Below, one piece after another: positions 51,717 through 62,962 of a stretch of DNA of 63,553 nt. Position numbers and translations under genes: made by a program. Below the pieces are notes generated by a model. It ran no database searches. It was not told the DNA's origin and saw only the letters and a list, made by a program, of their open reading frames with translations. Position 1 is the first letter of the stretch, and every line of letters starts with the position of its first letter. Location: NCBI RefSeq assembly GCF_001194135.2, contig NC_068983.1, forward strand, positions 118,318,750 to 118,382,302, in the 5' to 3' direction. The stretch is from Octopus bimaculoides. Taxonomy: Eukaryota.

Positions 51717-52376
51717 TTAATTATAATTTTAATGATAATTATTACCTATAAGGTTTTTATTCCCATGCTGGCCACTTGATNNNNNNNNNNNNNNNNNNNN
51801 NNNNNNNNNNNNNNNNNNNNNNNNNNNNNNNNNNNNNNNNNNNNNNNNNNNNNNNNNNNNNNNNNNNNNNNNNNNNNNNNNNNNNNNNNNNNNNNNNNNN
51901 NNNNNNNNNNNNNNNNNNNNNNNNNNNNNNNNNNNNNNNNNNNNNNNNNNNNNNNNNNNNNNNNNNNNNNNNNNNNNNNNNNNNNNNNNNNNNNNNNNNN
52001 NNNNNNNNNNNNNNNNNNNNNNNNNNNNNNNNNNNNNNNNNNNNNNNNNNNNNNNNNNNNNNNNNNNNNNNNNNNNNNNNNNNNNNNNNNNNNNNNNNNN
52101 NNNNNNNNNNNNNNNNNNNNNNNNNNNNNNNNNNNNNNNNNNNNNNNNNNNNNNNNNNNNNNNNNNNNNNNNNNNNNNNNNNNNNNNNNNNNNNNNNNNN
52201 NNNNNNNNNNNNNNNNNNNNNNNNNNNNNNNNNNNNNNNNNNNNNNNNNNNNNNNNNNNNNNNNNNNNNNNNNNNNNNNNNNNNNNNNNNNNNNNNNNNN
52301 NNNNNNNNNNNNNNNNNNNNNNNNNNNNNNNNNNNNNNNNNNNNNNNNNNNNNNNNNNNNNNNNNNNNNNNNNNTG

Positions 52377-52599
52377 GAAATTGATATTAATCAATTAAAA
52401 CCAGTGGTCTAGCATATTAAAAAATCCGAAGATTAAAATTATATTACATACAAAAATAAGAGGAATGACCAGCAAAAGTGGACTCCTATATGCTAGAAAT
52501 AGATGCCAAATCATCTAACCACAAAAAATATGTTCTCAGTAAAAATTCGGATTTTTTAATATGCTAGACCACTGGTTTTAATTGATTAATATCAATTTC
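52377..52599. repeat. 54-bp perfect inverted repeat, left end truncated by the gap
   Basis: 52377-52430 is the exact reverse complement of 52546-52599. Confidence 0.85.
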
Positions 52600-52656
52600 T
52601 ACCCTTACTAATAAATTTTAAATGTTAATAGCTGCCGTTGATTTGTTTCTATAGAT

Positions 52657-53095
52657 GCAGGTATGGCTGTGTGGTAAGAAGCTTGCTTCTCAACCACATG
52701 GTTCTGGGTTTAGTCCCACTGTGTGGCACCTTAAGCAAGTGTCCTCTACTATAGCCTCAAGCTGATCAAAGTCTTGTGAGGGGATTTGGTAAACGGAAAC
52801 TGGAAGAAGTCTGTTATATATATATACATACACATGTGTGTGTGTGTGTGTGTGTGTTTGTGTCTTTGTATCTGTTTGTCCCCCATCACTGCTTGACAAC
52901 CAGTGTTGGTGTGTTTATGTCCCCATAACTTAGCAGTTTGGTAAAAGAGACTGATAGAATAAGTACCAAGCTTAGCAAAAGAAAAAAAAATTAAGTACCA
53001 GGATCAATTCATTTGACTAAAAATTCTTCATCACAGTGCCCCAGCATGGCTGCAATCTAATGACTGAAACAAGTAAAAGATGAAAAATACAAGAT
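52657..53095 (+). mobile_element. SINE family B copy
   Basis: Colinear with 20252-20645. Confidence 0.85.
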
Positions 53096-53323
53096 ACAAA
53101 AGGGTTTTACAACCCAATATTTACATGCTGTTCTCTATGGCTGTATCTAATGTGCTTCCAGAACATTTATTCCAAAAACACATTATCTCACATACTCTGG
53201 AAACTTTATAAAATTCTTATGACGTCAACAATAAATATTAATGTAAATAGTTTCTCCATCTGCCCATGCAACTGCGTATTTAAAAAAAGCACTGGCTTAG
53301 GGGTGCTATTTGATCAACTAAAT

Positions 53324-53937
53324 CAGTGGTTCTCAACTGGAGTCTATATGACTCCTGGGGTCCCTATAAGCAAAATCGTAAATAGAGGACCCACAGGAGT
53401 ATATTAATGGTCCGTGAAAAGATTTTGCTTTAGATGTATTTATTGCAAGAAACAGATGGATTTCTTTCTTTAATATTTTACATAGTTCAACCTGCACAAT
53501 CGCTCATCGCTTAACGTCCGCTTTCAATGCTAGCATGGGTTGGACGATTTGACTGAAGACTGGTGAAACCAGATGGCAACGCCAGGCTCCAATCTGATCT
53601 GGCAGAGTTTCTACAGCTGGAGGCACTTCCTAACGCCAACCACTCAGAGAGTGTAGTGGGTGCTTTTACGTGCCACCGGCATGAAGGCCAGTCAGGCAGT
53701 ACTGGCAATGGCCACACTCAAAATGGTTTATTTTATGTGCCACCCGCACAAGAGCCAGTCCAGGGGCACTGGCAACGATCTCGCTCGAAAATCCTTACGA
53801 TCTCACTCGGTGTGAAAAACAAAATTGTAATTTTGAAAGAAGTATCTATAAAATTAGTCTTTAAACATCAAATGGTTATGAGGGTCCACTAGAATAAAAT
53901 AGTAATCATAGATTAAAAAAATGGTTGAGAACCACAG
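53324..53937. mobile_element. hAT (Charlie-like) MITE with a nested family D SINE
   Basis: TIR CAGTGGTTCTCAAC ... GTTGAGAACCACAG; SINE at about 53503-53790. Confidence 0.7.
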
Positions 53938-54000
53938 AGCAAAAACTTTCAAGACTATGGCTCAGCATTGCTGTAGTTCAATGACTGAAACAAGTACCAA

Positions 54001-54243
54001 AATAAAAGGACAAAAGAACAAATTTACTTAAGTTCTTAGTAAAAATGGGTTTATAAGAATAAAAGAATAGAAAAATAAAAGAACTAATTTATTAAGTTTT
54101 TAGTAAAAAAGTGTTTATCAGAATAAAAAAAAACAAAAGAACAAATTTACTTAAGTTGTTAATAAAGAAGGTTTATAAGAATAAACGAATAAAAGATAAA
54201 AGAACGAGTTTATTTAAGTTCTTAGTAATAGAGGGTTTATAAA
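54001..54243. repeat. Degenerate ~60-bp AT-rich minisatellite, 4 copies
   Basis: Recurring AAAAGAAC..ATTTA.TTAAGTT.TTAGTAA....GGTTTAT. Confidence 0.8.
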
Positions 54244-54921
54244 CTGTCTCCTAAGAATACTCAGTTTCTAATAATTTTCCAACACAGGATTGAAATTAAC
54301 CCAGTTGATCCCCTCTTTTTTGTCTATAATGATATGCATAAAGTCAAGATGTTTATACATGTCTGTTACATAAAATGTTGGCTAACAACTGTAGTGTAGG
54401 TAAAGTATTCTATATAAACTGAATAATGTTACTGACAAGTGTCCTGTTTTTGTCTGTTGGATGTTTCCTTTATATTTAAATAAATTGTTATTTATAATTT
54501 AATTATCTATTAGTCGTCTGTCTGGCTTGCACCAGATTTTTGTCTGTCTGTATGTGTGCATGTTCAGGCATGCGTGTGTGTGTGTGTGCACAAATGGGAT
54601 GTTTTCACAGGTGTTTGAGTGAATATTGATGACACTTCATATCCACTGAGAATTATTTATAGTTTGCAAGGCATCAAATCATACACTTCGTATGGATTCA
54701 ATTGCATCATCATCATCATCATCATCACCACCAGCACCATTACATCATCATCATCGTCTTTGTTTTAACATCCAGTTTTCCATGCTTGCATGAGTCTGAT
54801 GGAATTCATTGACATTGATTTTTGATGGCTGAACATGCTTCCACAGAAGATTGCAAATGAAGCACACTACTTGTAGGAAAAGTAACACTCATTTACAACT
54901 ATCACATGGTATCAAGACGAT

Positions 54922-54955
<34 letters not shown>

Positions 54956-56371
54956 CTAGATAGAAATGATGAGCTCCTTTCAGTTTTGGTCAACAAAGTT
55001 CACTCACAAGGCTTTGGTTGGGGCAGGGTCACAATAGAGGACACTTACCCCTTGGTGCCATGCAGAAAAACTGAATCTGAAACCAAAAATAGTCATAAAT
55101 CAGTTTCTACATATGCCCATAAAACTGTGCCTTGAAAAAATCCTACACACACACACACACACACACAATAGATTAACAAATGGAAGGGCAACAATTCCAC
55201 TCTCACTAAGCTATCAAGGGCAGGCAAGAGATTAATCACAAGATTAAAAAGAAAAGGAATGTATTATTGAGACTAATAAGATATATTTATATAATACTAA
55301 TATCTTAACTATTAGAAGGACAAGACTCTTGTTTGTATGTGTGTACATGTGCTCATGTCTATCTGTCTCTCTTGTACAGACTTGTTTCTGAAGAATGTCT
55401 ATAGTTATTACTTGGCTTGTATATGTAACATCAGAAGAATGAGGCTTAACAGTTTACAAAGAGCATTATCAAGATTGGTTGTTGCTTGGAAATATACAAA
55501 CAAACACAATCAATACATGTGGCTTAGAGTAATGACTAGTTGAGCCTACATTCAAAATGATTTTATTTGTTTATATCATCTTATACAAATCTGCATAAGA
55601 GCAAGGAATATAACTAACAGAATTTAAAAAAAAAGGTATTTGCTGTTATTTCATATATAATCTGAAAGAAGTTATGTTTTGCCTTCATATATGTACATTG
55701 AAACACTCAAATTTAGGGAGGGAAATTATTCATGGTTATATGACTTGGTAGAAATAGCAGTCATCTCCTTCAAATTACACTTTGCTGTCTTGAAAAGAAA
55801 AAAAAAAGGCCTGATTGAATAAAACTTCCCAAGGATATACTGTGTGGAAAAAACAAACAAACAAAATTGAGGAACGGTCATAGCTGTAACATTTTTGATA
55901 ATAGGTCTGCTGGATTAGGGCTGACTTGGGGTTAAACAACAATTGTAAAACCCATGAAATACATATAGACCCACAGATACAAACACACACACACGCACAC
56001 TCACTCTCTCTCTCTTTCTCTTTCATACACATACTTTCTCTCTCTCACACACACACGCACGCACACACACACACACACACACACATACACAAACAAGCAT
56101 TTAAGTAAATGTTTGTGTTTACTAGCAACAGGAAAATGCACTCAATATAAGAAGGAAAGCTCATAGTTTTTTTTTAATATATTTTGATGTTGTTGCTTCT
56201 CAAATAACAACTTATTATTTCATATTACCTATCTTTCTCAAAAGTTGGAAACATGAAACTAGCAGGTTCAAATTATGGAAAAAAAAGCATATGTTTACAC
56301 CATACCAAAATGGTAAAAAGGTATAGAATAATGATTAAGGTTCCTTTAGTCTTGATTCACTTAGGACTTAC

Positions 56372-56728
56372 CAGCTTCCCTAATGCTGGAGCCACAAGAA
56401 AATTCAATAAGAAAGACATGCAGCATTAAAAACCAAGCTAAAATGACAGATATGAAAACAGTGGCTTTGAAACAGTGGATTTCAAAAAGAAATGTCTCAG
56501 AGTATGAGTACCTATCCATCCCATACTAACAGGAACATGTATAAGTACAATTGTTGTCAGGGGCCATTTAGCTTTATGTTAGAGCATTCTGCCTGTATCT
56601 GAAGGGTACAGTGTTTGACTCCCCTGTAGCTGCCTGCTGGTAACTTTTTTACACTCTTTTAAGGGTTAATACCCAATCTTTCTCTGCTATTTTCACAACT
56701 ATACTGTGTTTGAAATTTACTTTCTTGT
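56372..56728 (-). CDS. Candidate exon with 5'UTR and a signal-peptide-like N-terminus (ATG at 56519)
   Basis: Acceptor cttattttacag and donor CTG|GTAAGT; 49 open codons MDRYSYSETF...VFISVILAWFLMLHVFLIEFSCGSSIREA after an in-frame stop. No homology recognised; upstream ATGs present. Confidence 0.35.
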
Positions 56729-56864
56729 CTGTAAAATAAGTTCAATATGCTTCAGAGTTGTCAAAGACATGCTTCAATGCTTCAATTTCTCTACAGTTGA
56801 ATAAAATAAATAAAATAATGAGGAATACACGTGTACTTGTACATGAGGAACAAAATGAATAACA

Positions 56865-57900
56865 ACAACAAGAACAATAATAGTTAATTCTGGTTTAATT
56901 GGCCACAAGGCCTAACATAAATCAAAAACATGTAAGGACAAACACAGGACGAAAAGTACAAAGGGTTTTGCGAAAAAGAAAGGTCCATGTAAACATTAAA
57001 AACAGCAAAAAGTATAACAAGTAAAACTCCCAATAGGGGGAGGCGCTTTGAAAGGTTACTCGTTGAAAAACCCAAAAAAGCCATGGGAGCCTGGTCAAAT
57101 GGGGGAGAGAGAGCCCCTTCTCCTTTTATATTACCTTTTTTTTACAGGTGTAACTTCAGAATTGGTCCGTTCATCATATTGGCCATTTTACCAACATTCA
57201 CCCACCTTTCAATAAATTTGCTATGAGACAGCACTTCCCTCTCTACTTTCACCTTCCTTTTCAAGTGGATGAGGCCAAAGTTGATGAGGCCTTGGTCAAA
57301 GAGGAAAGTGTCTGACCTTAGCTTTTCAAATGGGTCCACCATACCACCTCTTTTGCTATAGCCACCAAACAAAGGAAAATTGCCTTGCCCTCCTGGTTAA
57401 AGGAGGTTGGTGGGGCAAATCTTCACTATGGATTCAGCTGATAGCCGGATCCATCATACATGCGCCAGTAGTTGTTTGACATAAACCCACAGGTCAGTGA
57501 TACTCGGGCATTGGACGAGTGCATGCAGAATAATTTCATTGTCCTGAGTGCACCTCGGGCAGGCCTGGCTGATGGCACTTCCGTGTGTAGCACTGCCCGG
57601 CGAGGGACCTTTGGAAGTTATCCATGGGCCCCGGCTCAAAAGTTCTTCCAAACAGACAGTTAAGCTGATTATCATTGAAGTCTAGAGTTTCCCCGAGAAC
57701 ATCGTTGTTACTTTTCCTGCCCTAACCCTCTATAGAAGGTTAGAGTGGAACTACTACCGATTGCATTGCCTCCTTGGTGGAGGGCGGTGAGAACTTGATG
57801 GCACTCGAGGTTCCAAGCGCCCTTTCTCGGTCTGTGTTTAATCCAAGACAGCAGCTCAGTTAAAGAGATGAGCTGTGGAAAGTTGTGTCTAACGGTGAGC
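56865..57900 (-). mobile_element. Tx1/L1-like LINE 3' fragment with zf-RVT zinc knuckle
   Basis: CPRCTQDNEIILHALVQCPSITDLW followed by a degenerate ORF2 tail. Confidence 0.7.
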
Positions 57901-58777
57901 AGGTGTCAGACTTGTTAAAGAGGACAACAGACATTAAGGCAAGGCAAACATCTCAAGTCGTATACAATGTTATTGGGAAAAGTTCAAAGTCTTTAACAAG
58001 TATATATCTGCTGCACTGGAAATCTCCAACAGCTCCATAACTACTGTCTCAGCTTTAACCTTGGAGCCCTAGTAATCTGTTACAGCACTTACCTCTCGTA
58101 CCTAATCGTTTAGATCACCTGTGAACTAAATCTCCATACTTTGTGTATATATATTGAATTCTCCCTGTGTGTATATATATATATATATATACGATGGCTT
58201 CTTTCAGTTTTCATCTACCAAATTCACTCACAAGGCTTTGGTTGGCCTGGGGCTATAGTATAAGACACTTGCTCAAGGTGCCATGCAGTGGGACTGAACC
58301 TATGTGGTTGGGAAACAAGCTTCTTAAGCACACAACCACACCTGCACCTATTACAAGGCTTTCAAACACACATACATGCATACACACACACACTAGAGTA
58401 CAAATATAAAAACAGAAAACAGCATACAATGTGTCATTTAGGACATATTTGTAAGTTAGCAGTTAATGACTTCGAAGAACATTACCCAGATTTTCATAGA
58501 TACCCAGATACATGTCCATGAAATTCTGTTCAATTACCATGTAAGTGACTTTATCCATTAACTTACACACAGACACACAAATTACCACTCAGATGTGTGT
58601 TCATACATATATTAATCTTTCATCTAAAACTTTCACTGTCAAACTAATATGTTCACTGTGTACATCCATTTGATTTTTGTTGTTTTTGCTTTTGTTCTAA
58701 AATTCACTGTTCGTCACTGATTTGCCTAAATACATATGTTCATCCTTTTCATTTTTTTATTCGTTTATTTGAATTGA

Positions 58778-58852
<75 letters not shown>

Positions 58853-58939
58853 AGATTCAAAATTGAATGCGGTACTTATGTTTAGGCACCAGAATATAGT
58901 ATGGTATTATCCAAACAATTCCAAAAAACAAGGTGATCA

Positions 58940-59389
58940 AAAATCAAAAAAAGCAGCACGGATTTTAAAGGTTATTGCAGTACACACGTTTCATGCTACT
59001 CCATTTATTTAAGTAATGCGAGCATTACATTAAATGCAAAATGCAGAGCAATCCTCAGCTGCATAAGGATATAGAAAATTTACTGAAAATTTCATTTCAG
59101 CAGAATGGACATATTTACTGTTGTGACAACATTTAAAATCTAAGTGGCTATGTCAAGATGGTTTTTATGGATTCTTCTTTCCCACTTAGATTTTAAATGT
59201 TGTCACAACAGTAAATATGTCCATTCTGCTGAAATGAAATTTTCAGTAAATTTTCCATATCATTGTGCAGCTGAGGATTGCTCTGCATTTTGCATTTAAT
59301 GTAATGCTCGCATTACTTAAATAAATGGAGTAGCATGAAACGTACGTACTGCAATAACCTTTAAAATTCGTGTTGCTTTTTTTGATTTT
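58940..59389. repeat. 450-bp foldback with 208-bp inverted arms
   Basis: 58940-59147 pairs with 59182-59389, few mismatches, 34-nt spacer. Confidence 0.92.
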
Positions 59390-59842
59390 ATATATATATA
59401 TTCAGTAATCTTTCAGCTTCTGAGTATGTTTTTTACATGACAATTCGTTTTTACTACAAAAATAACCTCAAAAACGAGGTTAGGTTGCACAATTTCAAGG
59501 TCTTTAGCTAAGGGAGGTAACTCTGCCCAAACAATCTTTATGTCTTAGACAGAGCATAATGAGAAAGTGTTTAAAATACATGGAATTTTACCAGGGAATG
59601 AAATGAAACTTCGAAGATATACTGTCAGTTTTATTAGGATTATTTAGTAGATAATCTTTTAATGTGAAGTATGTTTGTCAGCGTTTTGTTTAGCCCAGAG
59701 TTGCCTCTGATGTAGCAGACCCATTGCAGTCTTCTTTTTTTTCTTCCTGAAATATTGTAAATCTGTGTCTTTCTTTTGATGAAAGAGTGTGTTTTAAGAG
59801 AGATTTGGCTGCTATTTGTTGTAGCTCAAGTTACCACAGAGA

Positions 59843-59887
<45 letters not shown>

Positions 59888-60369
59888 TTTGCTGTTGTGA
59901 AAAAAGTACTTTTTTTCAGAAGGTTTTGCACAATGATTTTTAAAGAAATCTGGAAATCTTTCTTACTGCTAACCATTCAACTTCAAATTACAATTGTTAA
60001 TTGTTGGAAGTCAAGTACAAGATGTACTTATAGTTATAAAATAGAGTGGAAGTCCAATACAAAATTTTGAACTCATTATCTTGTGGTTAGTAATCCATTA
60101 CTTTAAATTTTAAGCCATTAAGTCTTTAAACATTATTTTACTAGGTTTAGTCTTTTGACTGTCACCGTGGTGAGATATCATATTCAAAAGTTTAATTGAT
60201 CATACTGACCTCAGTATGTATTTCAATCTGGCATTTATTTTATAGATCTCTGCTTGATGAACTGCTAACTTTGAGTCATAGTGGGACACAATACTCGATC
60301 TAACAGCAAATGTAAACACACACACATTAGGTACAAGAATGACTGTGTGGTTGAGAAGTTTGCTTCCCA

Positions 60370-61500
60370 ACCGCCAGAACGTCTTGTTGACAAACCACAG
60401 CAGTAATTGTTTTCACCTCAATAGACGTCATTGATTGGTTGAAATTACCGAAATACAACTTTAACACGAAATAACTTCGAAAATAAAGAATTTTCTTAAA
60501 AACGCCAAGAGTAAATGTTTTAAATGACACATTCTACCATATACGAAATTTGAAAGTATTTAGTTACAAAAAATTATTTTTTCTATGTGCCGGCCAAAAG
60601 GAAGAGATCCCTTTATTAAAGTTGTTTTTGTTTCAATCTACGTGGAAAAATACGGAGATTAAGAATATGGAAAAAATAAAATTAAAAACGGCTACACTTT
60701 GCTGATGCGGTCCATTAAGTCGAAACGTGCTGTGATAGAAATTAAGGAAAGGCGTACGCAGGAGGACGGTGTTACCCTGTTTTCAGCATATTGTGGCGGG
60801 AGGCTTATTGCGGTTAACTCTTCTCTCTTTCTCAATTTAAGCTTTACGTATCAAAGGGTATACCTAATTCATAAAACTCATTTCCGTCACTGAACATATC
60901 CAGAATTATCACCATACTGTTAAAGATTATACTCATTCTAAGCTGCTGTCCATATTTAATAAAAAATTTTTGTGGAAAGTTTGGCTGACTACATCAAGTG
61001 TGCGACCGTTCATTTTACTCATAAGTTTTTCTGCAGCAGGCGTTCCCGAGTACTTTACTTTTAATCATTCTTTCAAGTTATAATTTCGTAAATCGCTCTC
61101 GCGCACACACACACACTTGAAGAAAAGATAAAGAAAAAAAAAAACAAGAATTCGCCGTAAACCAAATAAGACGTTTGCAACCCAGCCGCAAAATTTTTTC
61201 ACCGACCGCTCAACAAAACAATATCAAAACTTCCATATAAAATAAAATTACGGACTTCTGGATGGCATATCCTAAGGATATCGAGGAAAAAAATATAAAC
61301 CTAAAGGAAGCTGAGAAACCGAGGTTACCAACATCATCGCCAGTAGGAACATAGTTTATTTCAAATGGAAACGCTGTATTTACGGAGAACATTTCTAAGA
61401 CGTTTTTGCGGGAGATGATTTTCAGTTTCAAAAATAGGAATTAATGTATGGACATGACTAAGTTAAACGGTAAATAAGTTTTTCTCTCTGATAAAATAGT
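60370..61500. promoter_or_regulatory. CpG-richer, repeat-poor putative promoter/first-exon region
   Basis: Visibly more CG dinucleotides than the surroundings; CRE-like GACGTCA next to TGATTGGTT (inverted CCAAT) at about 60424-60440; lies between the candidate - and + strand genes. Confidence 0.45.
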
Positions 61501-61993
61501 GCAAAACAAAGATAAAAGCACAGGATTATTTTTTTTCAGCGGATATGTATCTAAGACGATGGTTACCTTAAAGGAAAGAATTTATCCATGAAAATATTTT
61601 TAATAACGATGAATACGAGCTGATAAAGGGGTACTCTCTACGTAGATGGTCTCGCTCGACTTGAGCAAGTCACTCTCAAATCAGACCCTCCAGTTTTAAA
61701 AAGACGGGATGGTCGTAGCTGGAAGGCTTTTGAACTTAGGTTCAAGCCTTGGACCTAAGCACCAATACTATACAATTATGTGAAGAGTAATGTTTAACTA
61801 TCGGCGAACCGAATAAATGGTTTGGTTTAGATTCTCTGTTACAACAGTTTGAGTTCACCAATATCACTAATGATCTTTAAGAAAGTGTTTAATGTCGCCG
61901 TGCCTAAGCTGGTTTGGAAGTTTCAACATTATTTTGAATTTAAAAGTTGAAACTGAATGCTCAAAACCATTTCTTATTTTTCTTTTTTTATAG

Positions 61994-62110
61994 GTGAAAC
62001 CATGTCACATCAAACTGGTCAGAAAACTTTACAAACTGGATGTTCGGAAGGATTATCAACTGTTGGTACTGAACAGAATGCTTCGCAACAATCGTATAAT
62101 TTAGATTCTG
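61994..62110 (+). CDS. Probable first coding exon of an unidentified downstream gene (MSHQTGQKTLQTGCSEGLSTVGTEQNASQQSYNLDS)
   Basis: Strong acceptor ttttttatag at 61993, ATG at 62002 in AACCATGT context, open frame to donor G|GTAAAG at 62111. Confidence 0.55.
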
Positions 62111-62177
62111 GTAAAGGCTCTTAAACCTTCTTTAAAATAACATTGTTAATATAAGAGTCTGTTCGTAGACTTTTGTG

Positions 62178-62552
62178 GAGGCGCAATGGCCCAGTAGTTA
62201 GGGCAGCGGACTCGCGGTCATAGAATCGTGGTTTCGATTCCCAGACCAGGCGTTGTGAGTGTTTATTGAGCGAAAGCACCTAAAGCTCCACGAGGCTCCG
62301 GCAGGGGATGGTGGTAAACCCTGCTGTACTCTTCCACCATAATTTTCTCTCACTCTTACTTCCTGTTTCTGTTGTGCCTGTAATTCCAAGGGTCAGCCTT
62401 GTCACACTGTGTCACGCTGAATATCCGGGAGAACTACGTTAAGGGTACACGTGTCTGTGGAGTGCTCAGCCACTTGCACGTTAATTTGACGAGCAGGCTG
62501 TTCCGTTGATCGGATCAACTGGAACCCTCGACGTCGTAAGCGACGGAGTGCC
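62178..62552 (+). mobile_element. tRNA-derived SINE, family A, near-complete copy
   Basis: Head GGAGGCGCAATGGCCCAGTAG (A box) ... GGTTTCGATTCC (B box); related copies at 30490-30858 (-), 38140-38366 (-) and 7092-7417 (+). Confidence 0.88.
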
Positions 62553-62747
62553 GACAACATAGACTTTTAGTTTTGTTTCTAAAATGAACAAAATATGTTA
62601 CTAATTGATTAACCCCAGGTTATCCACTTGATCGGAGTGACCTATGATAAAAAATAGTCATTCCTATGAAGTATGCCAAACGTAGTATGTCAAGGATTAC
62701 ACTATACAATGTTCTCCGACTTTTTTAAGGGTGAAACTCGAGGTAGA

Positions 62748-62962
62748 TGGTACTACTAAATCAGCGCTGATCCGAACGCGCAGTCGCGCGTCCGCGCTAG
62801 CTAGTCGTGAGTGGTCGATCCTAACCCTAACCCTAACCCTAAACACGTATTCATTTGCACACGCGGGTTAGGGATAGGGTTAGGGTTAGGATAGACGACT
62901 CAAGACTAGTTAGCGCGGACGCGCGACTGCGCGTTCGGGTCCGCGCTGCTTTAGTAGTACCA
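62748..62962. mobile_element. Palindromic GC-rich MITE with inverted telomeric repeats and 6-bp TSD
   Basis: TGGTACTACTAAA...TTTAGTAGTACCA termini, GGTAGA duplicated at 62742-62747 and 62963-62968, internal (CCCTAA)n...(TTAGGG)n. Confidence 0.88.

Noticed and set aside
60700-60745. CTGATGC...CGAAACGTG hammerhead-like motif
   Set aside because: A9 is replaced by C, there is no UH triplet in register, and stems I and II do not pair properly.
62178-62255. tRNA-Arg-like sequence
   Set aside because: No closed cloverleaf, and it continues into a repeated SINE body, so it is a SINE head, not a tRNA gene.
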